In this document: piece by piece, positions 21,426 to 31,087 of the stretch
Position numbering within the stretch: the first letter of the stretch is position 1
Layout of the letters: the number at the start of each line of letters is the position of its first letter
From: Stella sp.
Lineage (GTDB): Bacteria > Pseudomonadota > Alphaproteobacteria > ATCC43930 > Allostellaceae
Reading direction: 5' to 3'
Length of the DNA stretch: 64,000 nt
NCBI RefSeq assembly: GCF_041913585.1
Contig: NZ_JAYSFE010000001.1
Coordinates: 67,033 to 131,032 of the forward strand
Notes under the pieces: generated by a model
What the model saw: the letters and a program-made list of their open reading frames with translations, nothing else
The model's database searches: none
Told to the model about the DNA's origin: nothing
Translations under genes and position numbers: made by a program

Positions 21426-22508
21426 ATGATTCGCGCCCTTCCCTCGATCGCGCTCGGTGGCCTCGCCGTCCTGCTGGCCGCCTGCGGGACGCCGCCCCCG
21501 ACCGGCGATCTCACGGGCGAGGCGTCGGTCACGCTCGATCCGGCGACACAGCAGGCGCGGTGGCGGACGCCCGGCTACGTCCCGGCCTCGTCCGGCGTAT
21601 CGGGCGAGGGCATCCACACGATCCGCTTCGCCGCTGTCGTCGGCGACGCGCCGTTCCGTTGTGGCGCCAGCTACGGCGGCATCGGCGTCACCGGCTCGAC
21701 CATCCTCCCGACCGATTTCCGCTTCTTCGTGTCGGAGGTCGCACTGATCGACGAGGCCGGCCGCCAGGTGCCGATGAACCTCGCCCAGGACGGGCGCTGG
21801 CAGCACCAGAACGTCGCCCTGCTCGATTTCGAAGACGGTCAGGGGCCGTGTGCCGGGGGCACGCCGGACCTGCGGCAGTCGGTCACCGGCGCGGTGCCTT
21901 ATGGCCGCTATCGCGGCATCGCCTTCACGCTCGGCGTTCCCGCCCCGCTCAATGTCGGCGCGCCGGCGCTCCCGGCATCGCCGCTCAACGATCCGAACCT
22001 GGCGTGGCCCGCCCCGGGGGGATTCCGCTTCCTCAAGCTCGACATGGCGACCTCCGGCCAGCCGCTCGGTTCCTACGGGGTGGTTCCCTCGACCGTGCCG
22101 GCGCCGCTGCCCGCCTATCCGGGGACGTTTGCCTATCCCGTCATTCCCGCCTACCCGACCGTGACGGGGCCCGTCGGCGCGCTGCCCTACGGGTTCCCGG
22201 TGCATATCGGCGGGGCCGAGTGCACGGGCTACGGCCCGGGCCCCTATACCCCGCCCGGCTGCGGCTTTCCGACCCGCCTCCGCGTCACCCTGCCGGAGTT
22301 CGACACCGACCGGAACGTCGTCGTCGCCGATCTGCGCGCCCTTCTCGTGACGTCCAACGTCGACGTCAACACGCCCGGGACGCCGGCTGGCTGCCAGTCG
22401 ACCTACGGCGACCCGGACTGCGCCGGCGTGGCGGCGATGCTGGGCCTCGCCATGCCGGGGGGCTACACGCCGCCGCAATCCGTCTTCCGGGTCGGCGTCC
22501 AGCCCTGA
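21426..22508 (+). CDS. Divergent MbnP-family (TIGR04052-like) lipoprotein
   Basis: Lipobox LAAC20; IRFAAVVG..C, DFRFFVS, QDGRWQ..VALLDFEDG.GPC, FTLGVP, SPLN, HIGG..C, GC.S..DPDC. Confidence 0.85.
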   Translation: MIRALPSIALGGLAVLLAACGTPPPTGDLTGEASVTLDPATQQARWRTPGYVPASSGVSGEGIHTIRFAAVVGDAPFRCGASYGGIGVTGSTILPTDFRFFVSEVALIDEAGRQVPMNLAQDGRWQHQNVALLDFEDGQGPCAGGTPDLRQSVTGAVPYGRYRGIAFTLGVPAPLNVGAPALPASPLNDPNLAWPAPGGFRFLKLDMATSGQPLGSYGVVPSTVPAPLPAYPGTFAYPVIPAYPTVTGPVGALPYGFPVHIGGAECTGYGPGPYTPPGCGFPTRLRVTLPEFDTDRNVVVADLRALLVTSNVDVNTPGTPAGCQSTYGDPDCAGVAAMLGLAMPGGYTPPQSVFRVGVQP

Positions 22509-22520
22509 CCGGGGTCGCCG

Positions 22521-24485
22521 TCAGATCGCCGGGTGGACGACGCGCAGGCCCGGCAGTCCGACGCAGATATGGCCCATGTCGCGCGCCAGCGCGGCCAGCC
22601 CCTCGGTCTCGAGGTAGCCGCGGTAGGGGGCGGCCGGAAACACCAGCCCGTCGCGGTGGAGATCGCCGCGCACCAGCAGGACCGTGCCACCGACGCCATG
22701 GACCTCGACCGGCCCGGCGTCGGCCGGGAAATCGCCAAGGTGGCGCCGGCCGACCGGATGGAGCGGCAGGCAGACGCCGTCGGCCAGGTTTCGCGGATCC
22801 TCCAGCGGCGCGCCGTCCGCACCCGCCGGCAGGACGAACGTGTTGAGGTCGTAGGTCCGCCCGTCGGGCAGCACGCAGTGCGGCACGACGACGTCGTGGC
22901 CGGCGGCGACAAGCCGCTCGACGAGGTCGGGCGGATAGTCGCAGACATCGGCGTCGATCCAGAGCACCCAGTCCTCGTCCCGGAGCGCGGCGGAGAGCAG
23001 GCGGTTGCGGGACCGGGCGAGCGTCGCGCGGCGCTCGCGCTGGACGCTCGCCTGGTAGCGCGGGCCGGGCGGCAGCCGGTAGCCGAAATCGTGCCGCACC
23101 ATGGTCACCCGCCGGAAGCGCGCCTCGAGCATGGGGCGCCGCGCCTGCAGACGGCCCCAGGTGTCGTCGGTGCTGTCGCTGTCGAGCAGACCGATCGACA
23201 GGCGTGCGGGATCGAGGTCCAGCCGCTCGAGCAATGCGAAATAGCGGTCGAGGTAGCGGGCCGCATTCTTGACCGGGGTCGCCACCAGGATCGACGGCCC
23301 GTCGGGCCGTCCGGCCGCTGCCGGCCGCGCCGGTGCCGGCGCAGCGATCCGTCCCTCGGCCTCCAGGAGCGCGAGGCGGGCGGCGATGCGGGCACCCACG
23401 GCTTCGGGCGCCAGGAGCTCGCGGACCTGCCGCGCGCCCCGCGCGGCGCGGGCCTGGACCCGCTCCGGATGCGCCAGCACCTGCCGCATCAGGTCGGCGG
23501 CGTGGGTGATGCTCGCCTCGGCCCATCGGACGCCCCGGCGGAAGGGCGGGCTGTCCTTGGCCAGGGCGACCAGATCGTAGGCGACGAGCCCGGCCGTGGC
23601 CGGCGACATGAAGTCGAGGTTGCCGGAATGGGCGGTCGCGATCACCGGCCGGCCCGCCGCCATCGCCTCCGCCATCGCCAGCCCGAGCGCCTCGGCGCGG
23701 TGCAGCGAGACGAAGCAGCCGCACGCCCGCACCAGCGCCGCCATCTCGGCATCGGACATGGTGCCGTTCAGGACATGGACGTCCGGCCGGCCGGGGGCCA
23801 GGCGTTCCAGCGCCATGCGGTCGCGGGGCAGCAGCCCGCGCGTCTTCAGCACGAGGCGGACCTGGGGTTGCGGTCGCGGGAAGGCGGCCAGGAAGGCCCG
23901 GATCACGCCCGCCGGATTCTTGCGGTCGAGATTGCTGCGGGCGTCGAAGACGGAAAGGAACGTGAACGGACCCGGCGGAAGGCCGAAGCGCTCGAGGTCC
24001 AAGTCCGCGTGCGCCGGCGTTGGTGCCAGGGCCGGCGGCAGCGGCAGGACCGGAACGTCGACGAACGGCGCCACGCAGGCGGCGCCATAGGCGCTGGGCG
24101 TCCAGATCTCGTCGAACAGCGGGCACATGCGGCGCCATGCCTCGGGCAGCCCGTCCGGGGCTTCCCAGCTCCAGTAGCCGATCGTGTAGGCGCGACAGCC
24201 GGCGCTGGGACCGGGATAGGTGCCGTCGCCGAGGCAGCGGCGGAGGACGTCCGGGTTGGTGGCGACGAGCGCGACCGGCCGGCCGAGCTCGCTGGCGGTC
24301 GGCAGCGGCGACCGCGAACTGCCGGAGGCGGGCCAGGGCAGGTCGACCATCGTCGCGGGCAGCCCGGCGGCGGCGATGGCCGCGGCGAAGCCGCGGCCGG
24401 CCGACCCGAGCCCGATCGGCGCGGACAGGTGCGCGTAGAGCGCGAGCCCGGGGAGCGCGGGTCCGGGAGGGGCGGGTCCGGGCAT
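22521..24485 (-). CDS. Two-domain glycosyltransferase: GT4 (N-term) + Anp1/Mnn9 GT62-like (C-term)
   Basis: GT4: IGYWSWE, FDEIWTPS, RKNP, HRAEALGLAMAE (ExxxxxxxE); GT62-like: RERRATLARSRN, WVLWIDADV, YDLN, GVGG..LVRGDLHRDG..FP, ETEGLA. Confidence 0.85.
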   Translation of the reverse strand: MPGPAPPGPALPGLALYAHLSAPIGLGSAGRGFAAAIAAAGLPATMVDLPWPASGSSRSPLPTASELGRPVALVATNPDVLRRCLGDGTYPGPSAGCRAYTIGYWSWEAPDGLPEAWRRMCPLFDEIWTPSAYGAACVAPFVDVPVLPLPPALAPTPAHADLDLERFGLPPGPFTFLSVFDARSNLDRKNPAGVIRAFLAAFPRPQPQVRLVLKTRGLLPRDRMALERLAPGRPDVHVLNGTMSDAEMAALVRACGCFVSLHRAEALGLAMAEAMAAGRPVIATAHSGNLDFMSPATAGLVAYDLVALAKDSPPFRRGVRWAEASITHAADLMRQVLAHPERVQARAARGARQVRELLAPEAVGARIAARLALLEAEGRIAAPAPARPAAAGRPDGPSILVATPVKNAARYLDRYFALLERLDLDPARLSIGLLDSDSTDDTWGRLQARRPMLEARFRRVTMVRHDFGYRLPPGPRYQASVQRERRATLARSRNRLLSAALRDEDWVLWIDADVCDYPPDLVERLVAAGHDVVVPHCVLPDGRTYDLNTFVLPAGADGAPLEDPRNLADGVCLPLHPVGRRHLGDFPADAGPVEVHGVGGTVLLVRGDLHRDGLVFPAAPYRGYLETEGLAALARDMGHICVGLPGLRVVHPAI

Positions 24486-24496
24486 CGGGGGAACCG

Positions 24497-26290
24497 TCAG
24501 CGGCGGCCGAACAGGCGCTCGATGTCGGCCCGCTTCAACTCGACATAGGTCGGCCGGCCATGGTTGCACTGGCCGCTGTTCGGCGTCGCCTCCATCTGGC
24601 GCAGCAGCGCGTTCATCTCGTCCGCCGACAGCCGGCGACCGGCCCGCACGCTGCCATGGCAGGCGAGCGTGCCCGACACCTGATCGAGGCGCTCGCGCAG
24701 CGAGAAGGTCTGGCCGAGTTCGGCCAGTTCGTCGGCGAGGTCGCGGATCAGCCCCGGAACGTCGGTGTCGCCCAGCATGGCGGGGATCTCGCGCACGACG
24801 ACCGCGCCCGGTCCGAACCCCTCGACGACGAGACCGAGCTCGGCCAGTTCGGCGCCGCGCCGGACCAGCCGGTCCGTCGCCGCCGCCTCCAGCTCGACCA
24901 CGACCGGCAGCAGCAGCGTCTGGCGTCCGACCCCGCTCGCGGCGAGCGCCGCCTTCATGCGCTCGTGGACGAGACGCTCGTGCGCCGCGTGCTGGTCGAC
25001 CAGGACCAGGCCGTCCGCGGTCTCGGCGACGATGTAGGTGTTGAAGAGCTGCCCGCGGGCGGCCCCGAGCGGGCGGTCCGCGGATGGGGCGGCGGTGGCC
25101 GCCGCCACCGGTGCGGCCGGCGGCAGGTCGAGACCGAGGCGCGGGCCGGTGCCGTCGGGGGCCTGGAAGGCCGCAAGCGCCTCGGCCAGGCCGGGCCGGT
25201 ACGGCGCAGCCGGCGGGCCGGGCGCCCCCGGCGTCGTCGCCATCGGTCGGAAGGCGCCGAGGGCGGCCGCGCTGACGGTGGTGCTGGCGCGGTGGCCGGC
25301 GGCGGCGAGCGCATGCCTGAGCGCGCCGACCACGAGGCCGCGGACCAGGCCGCTGTCGCGGAACCGCACCTCGGTCTTGGCCGGGTGGACGTTGACGTCG
25401 ACGCCGTCGGCGGGGACATCGAGGAAGAGCGCCACCGCCGGGTGCCGGTCGCGGGCGAGGACGTCGGCATAGGCGCCGCGCACGGCACCGAAGAGGAGCC
25501 TGTCGCGCACCGGCCGGCCGTTGACGAAGAGGTACTGCTCCGCCGACGTCGCCCGGTGATAGGTCGGCAGGCCGGCGAAGCCGGAGAGCCGCAGGCCTTC
25601 GCGCTCGGCGGCGACCGTCAGCGCGTTGTCGCGGAAGCCCTGGCCCAGCACCTGGCCCAGCCGGGCGAGCCGGCCCTCGGGGCCGTCGCCGCCGGCGGCG
25701 AGGCGCAGCAGGGCACGGCCGTCCTCGGCGACCGCGAAGGCGACGCCGGGGTGGGCCATCGCCAGACGGCGGACGGCGTCCAGCGCGTGCTCGCGCTCGG
25801 TCCTGGGCGACTTCAGGAACTTGAGGCGGGCGGGCGTCGCGTAGAAGAGGTCGCGGACCTCGACCCGGGTGCCCGGCGGATGGGCGGCCGGCCGGGGCGG
25901 CGTCTTGTCGCCGCCTTCGACGCGGATCGTCCACGCCTGGTCGGCGCCGGGCGGCCGGCTGGTGATCGCGAGCCGCGCGACCGCCCCGATCGACGGCAGG
26001 GCCTCGCCGCGAAATCCCAGCGTCGAGACCCGTTCGAGGTCGTCGTCCGGGAGTTTTGAGGTGGCATGGCGCTCGACCGCCAGCTCGAGGTCGGCCGGCT
26101 GCATGCCGCTGCCGTCGTCGACGACGACGATCAGCGACTGGCCGCCGTCGCCGAGCGTCACCGAGACCTGGCGGGCGCCGGCGTCGAGCGCGTTCTCGAC
26201 CAGTTCCTTGACCGCCGCGGCCGGCCGCTCGATCACCTCCCCCGCGGCGATGCGGTTGACGACGACCGACGGCAGCAGGCGGACGGCCAT
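24497..26290 (-). CDS. mutL: DNA mismatch repair protein MutL
   Basis: [43 protein letters not shown]. Confidence 0.98.
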   Translation of the reverse strand: MAVRLLPSVVVNRIAAGEVIERPAAAVKELVENALDAGARQVSVTLGDGGQSLIVVVDDGSGMQPADLELAVERHATSKLPDDDLERVSTLGFRGEALPSIGAVARLAITSRPPGADQAWTIRVEGGDKTPPRPAAHPPGTRVEVRDLFYATPARLKFLKSPRTEREHALDAVRRLAMAHPGVAFAVAEDGRALLRLAAGGDGPEGRLARLGQVLGQGFRDNALTVAAEREGLRLSGFAGLPTYHRATSAEQYLFVNGRPVRDRLLFGAVRGAYADVLARDRHPAVALFLDVPADGVDVNVHPAKTEVRFRDSGLVRGLVVGALRHALAAAGHRASTTVSAAALGAFRPMATTPGAPGPPAAPYRPGLAEALAAFQAPDGTGPRLGLDLPPAAPVAAATAAPSADRPLGAARGQLFNTYIVAETADGLVLVDQHAAHERLVHERMKAALAASGVGRQTLLLPVVVELEAAATDRLVRRGAELAELGLVVEGFGPGAVVVREIPAMLGDTDVPGLIRDLADELAELGQTFSLRERLDQVSGTLACHGSVRAGRRLSADEMNALLRQMEATPNSGQCNHGRPTYVELKRADIERLFGRR

Positions 26291-26309
26291 GGGGCGGCGG
26301 TCCCGGCCC

Positions 26310-27608
26310 TCAGGACTGGGCGAGATAGTCGCGGGCGAGCTTCTTGCCCTCTTCCACCGCCGGCTGGTCGAAGGCGTCGATGCCGAGGAGGTCGGCGGCG
26401 AAGATCGTTTCCAGCATGAAATGCATGAAGAGCGCCCCGAGCGCGCGCTCGTCGAGACGCTCCAGACGGATGACCCGGGTCGGCCGGCCGTTGCGGATCA
26501 GCGTCTCCGCCGTCGCCCGCTGCTCGGCGTCGAGCAGGTCGCCCATGCGCCGGCCCTTGAGGTAGCCGAGCGCCGGGTCGCGGGCGAAGGTCGCCGCCGC
26601 CCGATCGCCCTTGCCGGCGACCGCCAGCGTGACCAGGGTGAAGATCTTGTCGGCCGGGCCGGCGAGGTAGAGCTGGAGCTGGCTGTGCTGGTCGACCGTG
26701 CCCATGGCGCGGATCGGCGTCGTCCCGTGGCCGCCCTTGCCCAGGCTCTCCGCCCAGAGCTGGCGGAACCACAGCCCGAAATGGGCCAGCCGGTCGACAT
26801 AGGGCATGAGGACCGTGGTCGCCCGCCCGGCCGCGGCATGGGCGAGATTGACGGCGGCGCCGCGCAGCGGCGCGCAATCCTCCGGCCGTTCCGCCGCCAG
26901 CGCGGCATCGAGCACGGCCGCGGCGCCGGCACGGACCCGGGCAGCGTCGAGCCCGGCGATCAGCGTCGGCAGCAGGCCGACCAGCGACAGCACCGAGAAG
27001 CGGCCGCCGACGCCGGGATCGTGGTCGAGGATGGTGGCGCCGAGGCGGGTCGCGAGCCGCCGCAGCGGATTGTCGGCGGGCTCGGTGACGACCACCAGGC
27101 GCTCCGCCACGCCCATGCGGCCGACCGCCTTCTCCAGCCGCGGCAGCAGGGTCAGGAGCTGCATCAGCGTCTCGGCGGTGCCGCCGGACTTGGAGATGGC
27201 GAGGATGCGGGTACGGGCGAAGTCGACGCGGTCGGCGAGTGCCGCGAAGGTCGCGGGGTCGATATTGTCGAGGAAGCGGATGCGGGGCGTCCCCTTGGGC
27301 GGGCCGAAGCCCTGGTCCGCCAGCGCGTTGATGGTCTGGCCGCCAAGGCTCGATCCGCCGGTACCCAGCACCAGCACGTCCGCGGTCTTGCGGCGCATGG
27401 CCCGCGCCAGCGTCTCCAGCCCCGGCAGGTCGTCGCGCCGGCCGGGCAGGGCGAGCAGCGGCAGCGTGCCCTCCGCCCGCATCGCCCGGACCCGCGCCAG
27501 GGCACCGCCCTTGCCGGCCAGACCGGCGGCGAAGGCGGCGGCATCGATGCCCGACCGGCCGACGCGAGCGGCGAAGAGCGCGGAATCGTCGATGGTGAAG
27601 GGGATCAT
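26310..27608 (-). CDS. pgi: Glucose-6-phosphate isomerase (short, 432-aa type)
   Basis: [52 protein letters not shown]. Confidence 0.93.
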   Translation of the reverse strand: MIPFTIDDSALFAARVGRSGIDAAAFAAGLAGKGGALARVRAMRAEGTLPLLALPGRRDDLPGLETLARAMRRKTADVLVLGTGGSSLGGQTINALADQGFGPPKGTPRIRFLDNIDPATFAALADRVDFARTRILAISKSGGTAETLMQLLTLLPRLEKAVGRMGVAERLVVVTEPADNPLRRLATRLGATILDHDPGVGGRFSVLSLVGLLPTLIAGLDAARVRAGAAAVLDAALAAERPEDCAPLRGAAVNLAHAAAGRATTVLMPYVDRLAHFGLWFRQLWAESLGKGGHGTTPIRAMGTVDQHSQLQLYLAGPADKIFTLVTLAVAGKGDRAAATFARDPALGYLKGRRMGDLLDAEQRATAETLIRNGRPTRVIRLERLDERALGALFMHFMLETIFAADLLGIDAFDQPAVEEGKKLARDYLAQS

Positions 27609-27644
27609 GGCGGCGGGTCCGGCCTCTGTCGTCGATCGTCCGTC

Positions 27645-29006
27645 TCAGGGGGCGGCGGGCGCGTCGCGCGTCGCCGCCAGGTTCTCCGGCTCGCCGACGA
27701 CCGTGAAGAGAAGACGGGCCGGGTCGAAGAGCCGCTGGGCCGCGCGCCTGGCATCGGCGAGCGTCACGCGCTGGAACCGCTCGGCCCGCCGGTCCATGTA
27801 GTCGATGCCGAGCCCGTCGCGCTGCAGGCTGACCAGGAAGCCGGCGATCCGGCCCGTCGAATCGAGGTTGAGGGCGAAGGAATCGATGACCGAGCGCTTG
27901 GCGTTGTCGAGCTCGGCCGCGGTCGGCCCCTCGGCGGCCATGCGCGCGAACTCGCTGCGGATCATCGCGATCGAACGCGCGACCGCGGCGTTGGCGGTGC
28001 CGACGCTGCCCTGCACCACCCCGGTCGCGTCGAGCGTGCCGAGGCCGGTGGAAACCGAATAGGCGAGCCCCGCCTTCTCCCGCACCTCGCGCATCAGACG
28101 GGCGCTGAAGCCGCCGCCGCCGAGGATGTAGTTCACGAGGTGCGCCGCCTCGAAGTCGGGATCGCTGCGCTTCAGGCCGGGGGCGCCGAAGACGACGACG
28201 CTCTGGTTCTGCTGGCGCCGCACCACCAGGACGTCGCCGGCCCCGGCCGCGGCCACCGCCGGCACGGGCGCGAGCGCGGCCTTCGCCGGCAGGGTCCCGA
28301 GCAGCGCATCGAGCAGGGGCGCCAGCGCGGCGCCGTCGATGTCGCCGACCACCCCGATCTTGACCCCGTCCCTTGCCACCTGCGCCCGCCAGACGGCACG
28401 GAGGTCGTCGGCGCCGATGGCGGCGATGCTGGCCCGGGTGCCGTCGCCCGTGCGGCCGTAGGGATGGTCGGGAAAGGCCGCGCGCCACCACAGGTCGCGG
28501 GCGATGTCCCCGGGCGAAGTCGCGGCCCGGGCGATCGCGGAAAGCTGGCGCTCCTTGGCGCGGTCGATGGCATCGGCGTCGAAGCGCGGCTGCGTCAGGG
28601 CCAGCCGGAACATCGCCAGCGCGTCCTCGCGATAGCGCGTCAGGGTGCGGAACGAGACGTTCAGCGAGTCGCGGCCGGCGGAGACCGACAGGTTGGTCGC
28701 CAAGTCCTCCAGCCGGGCCCGGAACGTTTCGGCGTCGAATTCGCCGGCGCCCTCGGTCAGGAGCTGGGCCATCAGGTCGCTGGCCCCCTCCCTGCCGGCG
28801 CGGTCCTGGGCGGTGCCGCCCGGAAAGGAGAGGCTGATCGCGAGGATGGGCAGCGACCGGTCGGGCAGGAACCAGGCCTCGATGCCGCCGGGGCTGACGA
28901 TGCGCTGGACGGCCGGCGCCCGGGCCGGCTGCGTCTGCTGGGCGAGCACCGCCGGTGCGGCCACCGCCAGCAGCAGCAGAACGAGCAGATGGCGGAGCCT
29001 CGGCAT
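27645..29006 (-). CDS. M16B peptidase, non-catalytic partner subunit
   Basis: Signal peptide; SPGGIEAW, HPYG, ILGGGGFSARL, REKAGLAYSV; no HxxEH. Confidence 0.9.
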   Translation of the reverse strand: MPRLRHLLVLLLLAVAAPAVLAQQTQPARAPAVQRIVSPGGIEAWFLPDRSLPILAISLSFPGGTAQDRAGREGASDLMAQLLTEGAGEFDAETFRARLEDLATNLSVSAGRDSLNVSFRTLTRYREDALAMFRLALTQPRFDADAIDRAKERQLSAIARAATSPGDIARDLWWRAAFPDHPYGRTGDGTRASIAAIGADDLRAVWRAQVARDGVKIGVVGDIDGAALAPLLDALLGTLPAKAALAPVPAVAAAGAGDVLVVRRQQNQSVVVFGAPGLKRSDPDFEAAHLVNYILGGGGFSARLMREVREKAGLAYSVSTGLGTLDATGVVQGSVGTANAAVARSIAMIRSEFARMAAEGPTAAELDNAKRSVIDSFALNLDSTGRIAGFLVSLQRDGLGIDYMDRRAERFQRVTLADARRAAQRLFDPARLLFTVVGEPENLAATRDAPAAP

Positions 29007-29023
29007 GCTGGGGGCGGTGCTCC

Positions 29024-30403
29024 CTAGGATCCCTGCGGGCGCTTCGGCAGCAGGATGCTGGTCGCCAGGTTCTCCGGCCGGAACACCGCCCGGGCGGCGG
29101 CCTCGACCTCGGCCACCGTCACCTTGCCGATCCGCTCCGGCCAGGCATCGACCTCGGCGAGGGGCAGGCCGATCGCCAGCGCGCTGCCGACGATCCGGGC
29201 CGGCCCCGACAGGCTGTCCCGGGCGTAGACGGCGGCGTCCTGGACGCGCCGGATGGCGCGGTCGACCTCGGCCTGGGTGACGCCCTTGGCGAGCACGCGC
29301 TCGACCTCGGCTCCGATCGCGGCCTCCACGGCCGGAACCGGCACGTCCTGCCGCGGCGTGGCGAAGAGGTTGAACGTCGCCGGCCCGCGCTGGTTGCTGT
29401 CGTAGCTGGTGCCGGCGGAGACGGCGAGGCTGCCTTCGAGCACGAGCGCCCGATTGAGCCGGCTCGACACGCCGCTGCCCATGACCACCGCCAGCACTTC
29501 CAGGGGATAGGCGTGCCTGGCGTCGCCGCTGAACAGGCTGGGCGCGACATAGGCGCGGTTGACGTAGGGCTGGCGCACCTTGTCGCTCGCCAGTTCGATG
29601 CGCGTCTCCGCCACCCGGGTCGGTTCCTGGACGACGTCGCGGTCCGGCAGCGGCCGGGCCGGGATGCGGCCGTAGGTGCGCTCGGCGAGCGGTTTCGCCT
29701 CGGCCATCGTCACCCGGCCGCCGACGACGACGATCGCGTTGTTGGGGGCATACCAGCGCTGGTAGAAGGCGCGCGCGTCCGCGTAGGACAGGCCGCGCAT
29801 CTCGTGCTCCCAGCCGATGACCGGCAGGCGGTAGGGGTGGTTGAGGAAGAGCGCCGCCCGGGTCTGCTCGCGGAGCTGCGCCGAGGGGTTGTTGTCGGTG
29901 CGGGAGAAGCGCTCCTCGAGGATCACCCGCCGCTCGGATTCCACCTGCGCCTCGGAAAAGGAGAGGTTGGCCATGCGATCGGCCTCCATCTCCATCGCCA
30001 GCGGCAGCTTGTCGGCGGGCACGAACTGGTAGTAGCCGGTGAAGTCGTAGCTGGTGAAGGCGTTGTCGCGGCCGCCGTTGCTGGCGATCACCCGCGAGAA
30101 GGCGGCGTCCGGCACGCTGGGCGTGCCCTTGAACATCAGATGTTCGAGGAAATGGGCGATGCCGGACTTGCCCCGCGGCTCGTCGATCGAGCCGGCCTTG
30201 TAGAAGACGTAGTGGGCGACCGCCGGCATGTTCGGGTTGGCGACGACGACCAGGGTCAGGCCGTTCTCCAGCACCACCGCCTCGGGCGCCAGCCGTGCCG
30301 CCTCGTCGGCCGCCCGTGCCGCTCCGGCGGCGGCCAGCATCAGCGCCAGCAGCGCAGACAGGAACCATGCGGCCGGCCCCGCCCGCAACCGACGACTGCC
30401 CAT
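29024..30403 (-). CDS. M16B zinc peptidase, catalytic subunit
   Basis: Signal peptide; LENGL, GIAHFLEHLMFKG (HxxEH), NAFTSYDFT, WYAPNNA. Confidence 0.93.
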   Translation of the reverse strand: MGSRRLRAGPAAWFLSALLALMLAAAGAARAADEAARLAPEAVVLENGLTLVVVANPNMPAVAHYVFYKAGSIDEPRGKSGIAHFLEHLMFKGTPSVPDAAFSRVIASNGGRDNAFTSYDFTGYYQFVPADKLPLAMEMEADRMANLSFSEAQVESERRVILEERFSRTDNNPSAQLREQTRAALFLNHPYRLPVIGWEHEMRGLSYADARAFYQRWYAPNNAIVVVGGRVTMAEAKPLAERTYGRIPARPLPDRDVVQEPTRVAETRIELASDKVRQPYVNRAYVAPSLFSGDARHAYPLEVLAVVMGSGVSSRLNRALVLEGSLAVSAGTSYDSNQRGPATFNLFATPRQDVPVPAVEAAIGAEVERVLAKGVTQAEVDRAIRRVQDAAVYARDSLSGPARIVGSALAIGLPLAEVDAWPERIGKVTVAEVEAAARAVFRPENLATSILLPKRPQGS

Positions 30404-30471
30404 CGTCACCCTCCCGGCGCGCGGCGGCGCCTGCCGCGACCGGCCGCCCGCCGCAGGCTGGACCAAGGTCG

Positions 30472-31080
30472 TCAGATGATGCCCTCGAAGAGGCCGCGCC
30501 GGCGGCGCCGGATGACGGCCGTCTCGCCCTCGGTGACCGGCTTGCCGAGCGCCTGGTTCTCGCGCAGGCGCTGGGCCTCCTTCTGCGGGTCGACGACGAT
30601 GCCGGGCTGCGGCGCGCTGCGCCAGAAGGCCAGCCGCTCGACCAGCCCGCGCTCCGGCTGCTCGGCGCCGATGCCCTCGCGCGTCAGGGTCTCGCGGATG
30701 TTGGGGTCGGCGCGGTCGGCGCCGGCCTGGCGCAGCAGGGCGGTCTCGCCGCCGCTGGCGGCGGCCGGCAGGTCGCGCGTCGGCGTCGCGGCCGACGGCT
30801 CGACGCGGAACACCGTCTGCCGCGCCCGGTCGACGACCGCCTGCTCCTGCGGGCGCGGTGCGCCCGGCTGCGGCGGCCGCAGCGCGAAGTCGGGCGGCAT
30901 GCTGAGCGGCGGCCGGGCGACGATGCGGAACTCGTCGGGCACCTGCTTGTCGAGCCCGATCTGCTGGCGGAGATTGCTGCACGCGCCCGTTCCCAGGGCG
31001 ACGGCGGCCAGGACGGCCATGCCGGCGGCGTTCCTCGTCCTGGCGTTCCTCGTCCTCTGGCGCTTCGCTTGCTCGCTCAT
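30472..31080 (-). CDS. DUF3035-like lipoprotein
   Basis: Lipobox-like TGAC, PDEFRIVARPPLSMPPDFALRPP; usual position after lspA. Confidence 0.8.
   Translation of the reverse strand: MSEQAKRQRTRNARTRNAAGMAVLAAVALGTGACSNLRQQIGLDKQVPDEFRIVARPPLSMPPDFALRPPQPGAPRPQEQAVVDRARQTVFRVEPSAATPTRDLPAAASGGETALLRQAGADRADPNIRETLTREGIGAEQPERGLVERLAFWRSAPQPGIVVDPQKEAQRLRENQALGKPVTEGETAVIRRRRRGLFEGII
31027..31056. repeat. Exact 15-bp tandem duplication (encodes RTRNA x2)
   Basis: GGCGTTCCTCGTCCT at 31027-31041 and 31042-31056. Confidence 0.95.
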
Positions 31081-31087
31081 GGCGGAC

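Noticed and set aside
21205-24485. Methanobactin biosynthetic cluster
   Set aside because: No mbnA, mbnB, mbnC, mbnT or mbnH; the 51-aa ORF has a lipoprotein signal and one Cys, unlike MbnA
22521-25934. 1137-aa ORF suggesting a mutL-glycosyltransferase fusion
   Set aside because: The upstream part is an Arg/Pro-rich alternative frame of mutL; mutL has its own stop at 24497 and the GT starts near 24485
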